DNA of 64,000 nt. Source: Camelus dromedarius. Taxonomy: Eukaryota. A model generated the notes under the pieces. That model ran no database searches. It was not told the origin of the DNA and worked only from the letters and a program-made list of their open reading frames with translations. The position numbers were made by a program, and so were the translations under genes. Positions 54,050 to 64,000 of this stretch are shown here, piece by piece (the stretch's first letter is position 1; every line of letters starts with the position of its first letter). The stretch lies in NCBI RefSeq assembly GCF_036321535.1, contig NC_087447.1, positions 13,516,001 through 13,580,000 on the forward strand, read 5' to 3'.

Positions 54050-55599
54050 GCCTGACTTTACAACTCTTCACTCAGCTCCTGTCAAAGAAAACGAAAAAGC
54101 CCATGACAGTGTAATAACTTTGATCTCTGTAAGAACCTGTGATAATCTTTTTTTTTTCCATTTTAATTATGAAATTTAAGAACTGGGAGGATCACAATGA
54201 GATCCCTAACCTTAAGTATTTGTAATATTTTGGTAATTTTCCAGCATCAAAATTAGACATAGTATTCACCTCTTCCATTACATAGATGAGAGCTTTTCTG
54301 GCCATTTATGCAGAATTTATCTGTCAGATTCCACAAATTTTTTCTCTGATCTGTTGCATAGGTCTCCCTAATTAGAACCTGTGAAGTAGCTTTACTCATT
54401 AAACATATTACTTAGCAGCTCAAAGCCTGCCTTTATTTTTCTCTAACACTGCGATGTTTAAAATAAGTCTTGATCTTACCTCTTTTTTGTAGGAACTTGC
54501 TGTTGCTAATATTAGATTGTAATTCATATGATCTCTATATGAGAATTGAACTTACTCAATTCAATTACTGAATTAGTCAATACTATTCATGATACAAAGA
54601 CATCACAACGTGTAATGTATAAAGGAATACATCTTTTAATTTGAGGGAGAGACTGGTCTAAAAATCAGTTGCAAACTTCAAACTTATTGGAAAACATTGG
54701 ATGAACTTGCTTCCTATTTCACTCAGAACTAGCTAACAGAAGAGAGAACTTATATTTACCAATTTGGCAGCACCCATTCAGTTATATGCTACCTCCCTCC
54801 TGAGCATAATCTGTACTCCAATCCAAAGGCAACCAACCTCGTATACTCTGGACCTCATCTCCTTATATTTACATGAACATGTGGGAGCCCATGACTGGGT
54901 TAACAAATTGTAACAGACCCCAGCCGCTTGTCACTTTTAAGAAGGACAAATGTGCTTAGTAACTGCTTTGCTAGCAGGTGCCTGTGCATCCACAATCCTG
55001 TCTCCTTGCCATAAAAAGCAGGGACAATCCCTTGCTTGCATAGTTGAGGTTTTAGATAGCACCCTGCTCATTGCAAAGCAATGACCCAGGCCCTCAGCTA
55101 TAAACACTGGGCGTGCCTGCTGTTTAGATAGTCTGTTATGCCCTAGAAAAGGAACTGGCTGGCCTGGTGGCCTGCTTTGCAATTAACATATCTAAAGAAT
55201 GTATCTTGTTCCCCTCTCCCCATGACTTCCCTAAAGATAAACTAAGCCTTTGTACTCATACAATCTCAATCCCATCTTGTCTCCCTTAATTTCTGCATTC
55301 CATCACACAACTGTTAGTTATTTTTCCTTTGATTGTACACGATATATGTGGGAGCATTTGAGAGGCTTGTGGAGTTGGTCCCTGACTCTCTCTTGCTCTC
55401 GTGACTTTCCAGAGAGTCTCGAGTAATTCCTTCCGTCTCAGTGGTGCTTCTGCTGGTCAGAACCCACATGAAGATATTGGTCAAAAATCTCTCCTATATC
55501 TCTTATTTCATCTACATTTGCCTTTTCTCTGAATCATTTTACATCAGCAAAAAGCAATGTTATCTCATTCATTCTTAAAATATAATCTTGCCTGGTTCC

Positions 55600-56570
55600 A
55601 TTCCCTTTATCTTCTATGACTTCATTTCATTCTCTCTTCTTTGTAACAAAAATCAGGAGGTTCTATCATGCTTGTCTCCCATTTCTCTCCTTCCACTCTC
55701 TTTAACCCTATTCAGTCACACTTTAATTACTTACACTGAAAATGCTCTTTTCAATGTCACCAGTGACCTCTGCATCACTAAATATAGTTGTCATTGTTCA
55801 CTTCTCATGTTACAGAATCCATCAGCAGCATTTCACCCAATCTTCCTTGGCACACTCTCTTCAGATGACTTGATTCCCAAATTATTACCTCCAGCTCAGA
55901 CTTTTTTCTTGGGTTTGAGACCTGGAAATCTATCTTCCTCCATGGTAGTTCCTCCCAAATGACTAATAGATTCCTTAACTAAGTCTGTATCCTGGTTTTT
56001 ACCTCATCCCCAAACCTACTCCACTCACAACATTCTCTGTCTTAGCTGATGGTACATTTGGTCTCTCCTTTTCATCCCACATCAGGTCTATCAGGAAATC
56101 CTTTTGGCTCAATTTTCAATATATATCCCAAATTCAATCATTTCTAATCACTTTTAGACCTGTAACCTAGTGCCAAATTACTATCATCTTTCCCTGAATC
56201 CTTGCAATTGCCTCAAACCTACTCTCTTTGCTCTATTTTAGCATCCTCTGCCAAATAATACTCTATCCCCAACAGAACACTCACAATTATCTTTTAAACC
56301 CGTAAGTCAGATCACATCACCCCTCTGTTCAGTACTCAGCAAACAGTCTCCATGTCACTCAGGGTAAAAGCGAAAACCCTCATAATTAGTAAAAATTGTT
56401 TCTCTTTTATTCCACTCTTTTGAGTGACCCCTTACTGACTGCTCTGGCACCATTCTGTACCTTTTACTGGTCAGGTAGGTTGTTGCTGTAGTGCCTTTAC
56501 GTAGGCTGTTCTCCCTACACAGCACACTTTCTCCCAATCATCTGTATGACTAACTCACTTCATATTGGTA
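55600..56570 (+). mobile_element. L2 ORF and 3' fragments
   Basis: actgaaaatgctcttttcaatgtcaccagtgacctc...tcagcagcattt (L2 reverse transcriptase SAAF region). Confidence 0.75.
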
Positions 56571-57220
56571 AACAGAAATAACTAATATGTTAGTTAGTTC
56601 TGACCTTGGACCTGGACAAGCAGAGACACTGTTCTTATCTCTACATCTTGAAGTCTCTTCTGAGAGATTTTCTAAGTTCTCTTTCAGTGTCAGGGGCTGG
56701 GAAGCGCCTTCTAGTGGGACACTCCAGCCAGGATTAGACTGCCTGGGTCTCATCCCTGCTTTCCCCTCCAGGTGCTCTTTGCTGCTCTGTCCCTCACCTG
56801 GGGTCTACCAGATACCCTCTGCCTCTGTGAGGTTATCTCTGGCCCTGAGGCCAGGACCTTGGTTCCAGGAGGGCCGTCTAGGAAGTAAATGGCTCCTATG
56901 AGCTGGTTCATTATTTCTTTCATAATATTGTACTAAGTTGATTACTAGACTGTTGTTTACATGCTGGTTTTGGGTGACACAGGACACTTTCAAGGATCTG
57001 GGTTATAAACGGTCCTCTGCTGACTGGCTTGGGCCAGGTGTCTGGGCCCTTCTTAGCTGTCACTTGTCTGAGACATCTTACATCCTGTGCATCTCTCCTG
57101 TGGATACCCAGGAAGGTCACCCCAGCCCTGCCACAGTCTCTATGCTGTGTGTCAGTCAGGTCTTCAGATGTGGCTGTGCTTAACTCTTGCAAGGCTTTGA
57201 AAGCATTTGTTCTTAATGAG

Positions 57221-57581
57221 GATTGTTCCTCTCTTGCCTCCACGGATGTGGTGGAATTGTGCTGTCTTGTGTTGGTTCTTGTTGCTTATCTCCTATGGGG
57301 TCACCTTGTTCTCTCTGAGAACACATAGTCCTGAAGGGCAGTGGAAAGCCCTCTCTACCTGTGGATCTCACATGGCTGTTCTGGTTTTGTTCTTTATCCC
57401 ATGCATATTTGTGTATGCACGACCGCCATCTGCTTTCTCCTTTGACAAAATGGTAGCCATATTTTACACCATCCTAACTCCCTTGCTCCATCCTTCGATT
57501 TACACTTTCAGGAATAAGGAAGTGGAAAATGCCTTGAGAAAAGTACGGAACTGAATAATAGTAGTTTCTAATGAAAAATAA
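57221..57581 (+). pseudogene. OR4C15-like 3' fragment (end of ECL2 to C-terminus); 5' two-thirds missing
   Basis: [47 protein letters not shown]. Internal deletions near 57221-57270. TGA at 57552 precedes IIVVSNEK*, compared with human OR4C15 RLMVVSDEK as recalled. Confidence 0.85.
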
Positions 57582-59199
57582 AGTGGTACACTTTGAGAAA
57601 AATTTTAAGTAAGAGTTTAAAAAGTCCAATTTTCTTAGACAGACACTTTATGTGGATGGGCCTCGTTTGATAAATCATAACATAATGCAATGACATTAAC
57701 ATGGGGCCCAGGAAGTAATGTTTTCACCCTGACATCTGGCAACTCAGTATCCTCAAATGTAAATTAAAAAGAGTTGAATTTTATACTTATTTAAAATCTA
57801 AAAAAAAAAAAAAAGACATTACCTGTTAGATCTCTTGCCACTCATTTGATGCTTTGATAAACTTTTGTGGAGGGAAGACAAAAATTTCTTAGACAGTAGA
57901 AAGAGAAACTTACTCAAACTGTTCCACATGAAAAGAAGCTTATATTTGGGAGGCTGATCTCAGTGAATCATAAAAAAAACAAAAACAAAAACAAAAACAA
58001 TCAAGACTCAAAAATAGAAGAGATGAGAACATTCACACAACTTCCACTGTAGGGGTTCTTGTATCACGTGTTTAGAAATAGCAAATTGTGTCTTGGTTTT
58101 CAAGGAACTCTTCCCTGACTACTTTTTATTTTTGGACGACTCATCACTTTCTGGTATACTACATAATTTATTTATTATTTTTAAATTATTATTGTTAGTA
58201 CTTTTGTCTCCCTTCACTTAAAGGCAGTGAACTATGAGGTGGGGAATTTTCTTTTTTGTTCATTGGTATATCATTAGTGTCTAGACCAGCCTGATGTAGG
58301 AGCTGAGTAAATATGTGTTGAATAAATGAATAAATGAGACACCTTCCTATATTCAAATTTAAACCTATCTGTTACATTAACACACTAACATGTTAAGTTT
58401 GGCAAAGAAATGTAATTAACTATTGCTGATATTAGACCTTAGATCTTAATGATAACTATAATTCATGCTTTGATAGAATGCAAAGCACACTATTTTAAAT
58501 AAATTCTATGTTCCAGTTAATTTTCTCATATCTAAGTCTAAATATAATATATAAAAATTCAAATAGACAATAAACCCATTGTTCTCTGTCTACATTTTTT
58601 GTCACTCTTTATATTTCATTCCTTTTTTCACAAAATTAAATCTGATGTATATTTTTAAAGCATTTCTGATCCCAATAAAATCATATATAGCTTCAAATTT
58701 AAATTTTATTAGTGGGATTAATCTGGCCAGAGTTTCCTAATTATTCACTGGAACCTAACCTTTGTGAGATATAACTCTCATGTATCCTAACTGGCAATGA
58801 AAGTAAAACTATGGCCACCATGAGCCTAAAATTGGAGAAATATTTTTTTTAACCATAACCCAAGCAAGATACTGAAGAGGTCAGGAATAATTGTGCAAAC
58901 TGGTGTCCAAATCAAGAAATATTTTTGCTCAAGAGAGAATCTCCAGAAGCATTATTTCAAAATTATATGGGGATATTATTTTTCAGTAATTGAGATGCAC
59001 ATATGTACATTATGCACATGTACATATCCTAACATATTCATGTGCTTAATGAAGTATATTTAGAATCTGTAACTGTCATATGAAGAAGGAGCTTCAAGAC
59101 ATTAAAGTGACCTGATCAAGATCATAAAGCAAAGTCACTAGTGCTCACAACTTGGCAGAGAGAATAATCACTTGAGGGCTTTCCCCCACCAAAAAAAAA

Positions 59200-59330
59200 A
59201 AAAATCTTAGTCCCCCTAGAAAGACCTTGAATCAGTGCCCATGGTTAAATGCCCATCAGCATTAAAAAATAAAAAAGCTTCCCAAGTGAGTATAATGTAT
59301 GGGCAACTTTGAGAAACACTGAATTCTAGG
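59200..59330. mobile_element. MER5A-like hAT DNA transposon fragment
   Basis: ttgaatcag...aagcttcccaagtgagtataatgtatgggcaactttgagaaacactg. Confidence 0.55.
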
Positions 59331-59472
59331 TGTTAATGGAATTAGAAATCTGAAAGTTGTGATTCTGAGTCCAAATACACTGCTATTGCCAACTCACCAT
59401 TTCCTCAGTTTTCTTTGCAGATGAACCATTTCTCAGCTGTGTCTGTCCTACATTCACCATAACAGCAGCATT

Positions 59473-60371
59473 ATGAATAGCAGTGTGAATGAGTTTGTTC
59501 TGTATGGGTTAACACAGGATGTTCTAAAGCAGAAAGTAGTACTTGTGATTTTCTTGCTTCCATACCTCGCAATTCTGTTGGCAAACGTCCTTATTGTGAT
59601 GAACATAAGATATAGTCAGACACGTTGGAGCCCATGTACTTCTTCCTTTTCTGTTTATCCTTTGCTGATGCCTGTTTGTCAACAACCACTGCTCCTAGGT
59701 TGATTGTAGATTTTCTGTATCTGAGAAGAAAGTCATCTCCTACAATGAATGCATGACACAGATCTTTGCAGGTCACTTCTTTGGGTGCATGGAGATCTTG
59801 GTGCTTGTCCTCATGTCCTTTGATCACTATGTAGCCATTTGTAAGCCCCTGAGATACACAACCATCATGATCCAGTGCGTCTGTGGTGCATTGATGAATC
59901 TGACCTGGGTGGGGTCTTGTATCCATTCTTCAACATGGATCCTCTTGGCTCTGAAATTACCCTTCTGAGGTCCCAATGTTACCAATGACTATTTCTGTGA
60001 TATGCAGCCTTTTTTAGAACTTGCCTGCACGGATACTTATGTCATCAATCTACTCATTGTGTTTAACATGCACGGTGAGTTTCATAATGCTGCATATCTC
60101 CTGTGTTTTCTTCTTACATTCTCTGAGTAATCAGAGTGCAGAAGGAAGAGGGAAAGCCCTCTCCACCTGCACCTCCTACATTATTGTTATCATCTTATTC
60201 TTTGTACCATATGTATTCACATACATTCACCCTCTAACTGTATTTCCAGTGGACAAGATGGTGGCTGTGATTCACACAATTGGGACACCCTTGCTCAATC
60301 CTCTGATTTATACTCTGAGGAATGCAGAAGTCAAAACTGCCAGGAGAAAGTTATGGTGCAACAAACTCTGA
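59473..60371 (+). pseudogene. OR4C11/OR4C16-like multi-lesion pseudogene
   Basis: -1 frameshift at AGCCCATG (~59630), ~+2 near 59718, TGA at 59966 replacing Cys of LPFCGP, ~11-bp deletion near 60068, and MAYDRY changed to MSFDHY. Confidence 0.92.
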
Positions 60372-60939
60372 CTTGAGGTGGCAAAGAGCAGAAGACACCA
60401 ATTGCTAATTCTGTCACAGTTTAAATAAAACTGGATTGATAGAAAAGGCAAAATGTTCTCATCTCAGTGTGGACAATATTATCCTCTTCCAGTGGGACCT
60501 TGCGGGGAGTAGGCAGACTGAGCACAGAGCAACGATCTGTATTATTTTAAGCCAATGTCTCATAGCGTGACAGAGCATTAAGTACAGTCATATTTGTGGA
60601 AGCCCAAGCCTGTTCCTCATGTCTGCTGTCTGCGTTGATACTTCTCCTCTTTTGAGGCTTGTGAGCCAGATCTTATTGTTTCTATAGTTTACCTTCTTTA
60701 TTTATATATTATTTTGGTTTGGATTTTTCTTTTTCGTGTTTCTTATCCAAATTTAACAATTTATCGCTGAGTTCTGCCATCCATTTTGTTGGCAAATCAG
60801 TTACTGTTGCCCAATGTTGCACATAATTTAAAAAGAAGAAACTTTTACACTTAAAATACATATATATATATATAAATACATTTGGAGAGAGAAGAGGTTT
60901 TTGACAGGAGACATTCACCCATGACTTGAAATTTGATGT

Positions 60940-61036
60940 TGTTATGGGTTGAATTGTTTCCCTCAAGAAAAAAAAATGTGTTGGTGTCCTAATCTGCAGC
61001 ACCTCCAAATGTGACCTTTAGTTAGAGATAGGGTCT
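60940..61036 (+). mobile_element. MLT1 (MaLR) LTR 5' portion, interrupted
   Basis: tgttatgggttgaattgtttccc...cacctccaaatgtgacctt...gagatagggtct. Confidence 0.8.
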
Positions 61037-61041
61037 TGTGG

Positions 61042-61640
61042 TGTAAGAACCTGACAGCTTTCTGGAGTCTAATGTAAGCACCTGACATTAAGCTTTTGAT
61101 TGTCCAGCCATTCACTTCAAAGATATTCATCTTGAGTAACTACATTGGCATAATTAGATACAGAGCCAGGCCTCTCTGTCCATGAAGTCCCCTTTTACAA
61201 AGCCCTGGGTGACCTATAATTGACCATTTGAGTGACCTTGCATTCCCCTTCCTATGATTTAGTCCTTCTCTTATGTTTTAAATCCACTAATAGAGAGTGA
61301 ACCCAAAAAGATGTAGGCATTCCACCCTTGACCTCAGTGAAGGCAGAACCCCAGGTTCTCTTCTCTCTCTCTGAACCTGTGGCATCCCTGTGTGACCTCA
61401 GGCATGCTGTGTACCTTTCATGACCACTGAGGAATAAACCTTGTTTTTCCAAAGTTCCCTGCTGGGTGTCACTGATCATAATAAAAAGCACAAGAGTCCA
61501 TCCAGTGACAACATTGGTTCTGGTTGGGAAACTCTCTATGGGGGGTCCCACAAGCAGTAGGCTCAGATGAGTGTGGCCAGAGATTCCTAGTTAACAGCAT
61601 TTCTCTGAGACGGACACAAAACAGCTATTTAAAGAGGTAA
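61042..61640 (+). mobile_element. ERV1-type LTR (~61042-61513) followed by a PBS-like TTGG and a short internal leader
   Basis: TG...ACA ends, AATAAA at ~61434, then ttggttctggttggg immediately after the LTR end. Confidence 0.65.
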
Positions 61641-61659
61641 TGAAGTTAATTTTTTTCCT

Positions 61660-63528
61660 ATCAGGGTGAAAAGATGACATCCTTTTAAGAACTGATACAA
61701 AAATTTTAGGAGGTCCTTTGCTAGACTTAAAGCAACGCATAAAAAAAGAAAAAGAAAAAACAGCACGCGGATGTCTCACAGAATCTCAAGTCAACTGGTC
61801 TGGCCATACAGACATAGTAAAATGAGAAGGGCTAAACAATCAAATGGTATTTTTCTGTTTTGAAGTTAGTAGGAAAAGACCTGACTTGAGATAAATTTCC
61901 CTGGGAAATGGCTAGTTGCTATCTTCCTATGTAAACATAGGTTTGCTTTCCTTTTTGTAAAATTATCCTAACAAGGTAATTGGCGGGGGGGGGGGAGGGG
62001 GGGTGTCTGTGTGTGCTACTTGGAACTTCTTTTAAACAATTTACACTGCAAATAAAAACAGTCTTCTGAATAATCAGAAGACTCCACGGAGAAAATGGAC
62101 AGAGAGCTGAATAAAATCAAACATCTCCTCAAGAAATAATGCAGCCTTTTGCCCTCTGCTGTGATACTAGATGACAGAAGAATCCCAGATATCTATGAAT
62201 GAGTTAAAAAGTCTCCCTTCAGGTAGTGAACAAGCCTCCACAAGGTAAGACTAAAAGTAAATAGTAGAAACCAGTCTTCACAATTGTGTAACTTCATTAT
62301 GTAAGAAAGCAAATCATTTCAAAATAAATCAAACTTAGACCCCATTTCTAGTTTGACCTAAAAATGGGTGACCTTGGGGATATTCATGAGATGTTCTGAG
62401 CCTCATTGTCTTCTAATATAAAATGAAGATTATTGTTCTTGTTAACATAAATGTTAGATGTGATATATTAAATTGTGAGTGCATGATTGAAACCATTGTA
62501 GGAGATGTGAGCAATTGAGTGATATAATCAGAATAAGGTTTAAAGAGAATCATTTGAGCTGTTTCAGGAGAACAAATTGTTGGGGGCCAGAATAAAAGTG
62601 GAGACTTGACTGGAGGCTTTGGCAGTGGGCCAGTAAGGAGATGGGAGACAGGGAATGATCAAATTTGTGATAAATTTTGAAAATAGAGATGACAGTATCT
62701 GTCAAAGGAATGAATAAGTAATATGACCAACAACAGGGTAAATAACACTGTGAGATTTATTGACTGAGCAATTATAATGGAGGTGGTACAACTTAATGAA
62801 ATGGGGAACACCTTTTTTTATTGTGGAAACTTAAAATACTGTTTTGTAAATACTAAACTGATATCCAACAGCAGATGTCCAAAATTGATATGTTCCTTAG
62901 ACAAATGTTAAAATTAAGGTAGAGACAGGGGCCAGAGACACAAAATTGAAGTAAAGACCCTCAGAAAGAAGTCTCAGTTCTGAGACAGTTCAAGGCAGTG
63001 ACCTTCTATTCACAGTTTGATCTACTCACACTAAGTACATAAATTAGCTTAAATGGGACTCAGTATTACATGTTTTTGACTTTCTAAATGGTGTGCCTTT
63101 TCTTGGAATTCCCTTCCCATCTTGTCTTGTCCTTTCCCTTTTCTTTAAAACTGAGCTAATCATTGCTTTTTCCAGGAAGTCTTCTCTGATTCCAGGTTGA
63201 CTGATACGTTCCTACTCCACGGGCCTTAGCTTGTGTGAATATCCTTACAATGGCACTTACTACATGAGTCTGGGATTTTCTGATCCCTAGTCTTTGTATA
63301 TCCCTGAAGTCAGGGAACTAGGTCTTATTCAGTTTGGTACTCACAATGTCTATGGCACATTGGACTCAAAAATATACTCCATACAATTTATTTTAATTGA
63401 ATGGGTAAATTAAAAGTTAAATTTATAATGCATTTGAGAGTTTTCCCTATTGTTTTCTAGGTAAACTGCTTCTAATATGTGAAGTCAGCTCCTGTACAGA
63501 CTAGAAGAAATCAAGGAACAATGTAACT
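61660..63528 (+). repeat. Segmental paralogy block B (partner of ~2390-4292)
   Basis: Same collinear anchors, and the same MIR/L2 relics, as block A. Confidence 0.9.
61897..61907 (+). promoter_or_regulatory. Candidate Olf/Ebf (O/E) site TTCCCTGGGAA
   Basis: Exact match to the YTCCCYRGGAR consensus, 1.6 kb upstream of the last OR. The aligned site in block A is degenerate. Motif match only. Confidence 0.25.
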
Positions 63529-64000
63529 GAGTTTGTCCCCTTGGGGCTCACTCAGAGCCTCCAGGGTCAGAAAATATTATTTGTTGTGTTCTTGCTCATC
63601 TACATGGTGACAATGGTGGGCAACCTACTCATTGCTGTAACTGTGGTGGTCAGTCCAACCCTGAATTCCCCTATGTACTTCTTTCTTGGCTATTTATCAT
63701 TTACGGATGCTGTTTATTCTACTACAGTCACCCCAAATATGATTATAGACTTACTCTATGAGAAGAAAACCATTTCTTTCCAAGGCTGCATGACCCAGCT
63801 TTTTATAGGGCACTTATTCGGTGGTGCTGAGATTTTACTCCTGGTGGTCATGGCTTATGACCGCTACGTGGCCATCTGCAAACCCTTGCATTATTTGACA
63901 ATCATGAATAAGCGAGTATGTGTTCTGCTGCTGCTGTTGGCTTGGGTTGGTGGGTTTTTACATGCTGTAGGTCAACTTCTCTTTGTTTACAACCTTCTCT
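63505..64000 (+). pseudogene. Chimeric OR4A pseudogene with start codon lost (ATG>AAG); truncated by the window end
   Basis: Stop-free frame 63505-64000 ([23 protein letters not shown]...[15 protein letters not shown]). An in-frame TAG lies just upstream. The first in-frame ATG (63604) is inside TM1. FVLLG is FVPLG and NLPF is NLL. Confidence 0.85.

Noticed and set aside
61985-62003. G11-A-G7 tract with G-quadruplex potential
   Set aside because: Absent from the aligned position in block A, which has a (TG)n. It looks like simple homopolymer slippage and is error-prone in assemblies.
1-64000. Remaining 60-130-aa ORFs in intergenic DNA (e.g. 7938, 27004, 30029, 41111, 55588)
   Set aside because: Many start at TTG, CTG or GTG, have AT-rich low-complexity composition and show no recognisable domains. 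They are expected by chance.

Overview
This 64-kb window is mammalian DNA from a class II olfactory receptor family 4 (OR4A/OR4C) cluster. The species is probably a camelid: the L1 3' ends resemble cetartiodactyl/camelid L1 as I recall it, and I see no Alu, B1, BovB/Bov-tA, PRE1 or CHR SINEs. There are nine OR loci, all on the + strand. Four are intact (4269, 20416, 39921, 50429). One is apparently intact but spans a 188-N gap (12231). One has a single frameshift (OR4A15-like, 32137). Two are degraded pseudogenes (OR4C15-like 3' fragment near 57221; OR4C11/16-like at 59473). The last has lost its start codon and runs off the window end (63505). Intergenic DNA is mostly L1, L2, MIR, MaLR/ERV LTR and simple repeats. 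I found no RNA genes, no CRISPR and no wholly new system. The most notable structure is the last OR, which is a mosaic. Its ~1.9-kb upstream flank and first 8 codons are an old paralog of the gene at 4269. Its coding body is a recent copy of the gene at 12231, about 97% identical outside one 35-bp patch that still looks like the 4269 type. Also notable are a probable multi-template insertion junction at 14063-14198 and a twin-primed L1 with an intact target-site duplication. Subfamily and ortholog names come from my recall of human proteins, not from a database search. Repeat boundaries are approximate unless a target-site duplication is quoted.
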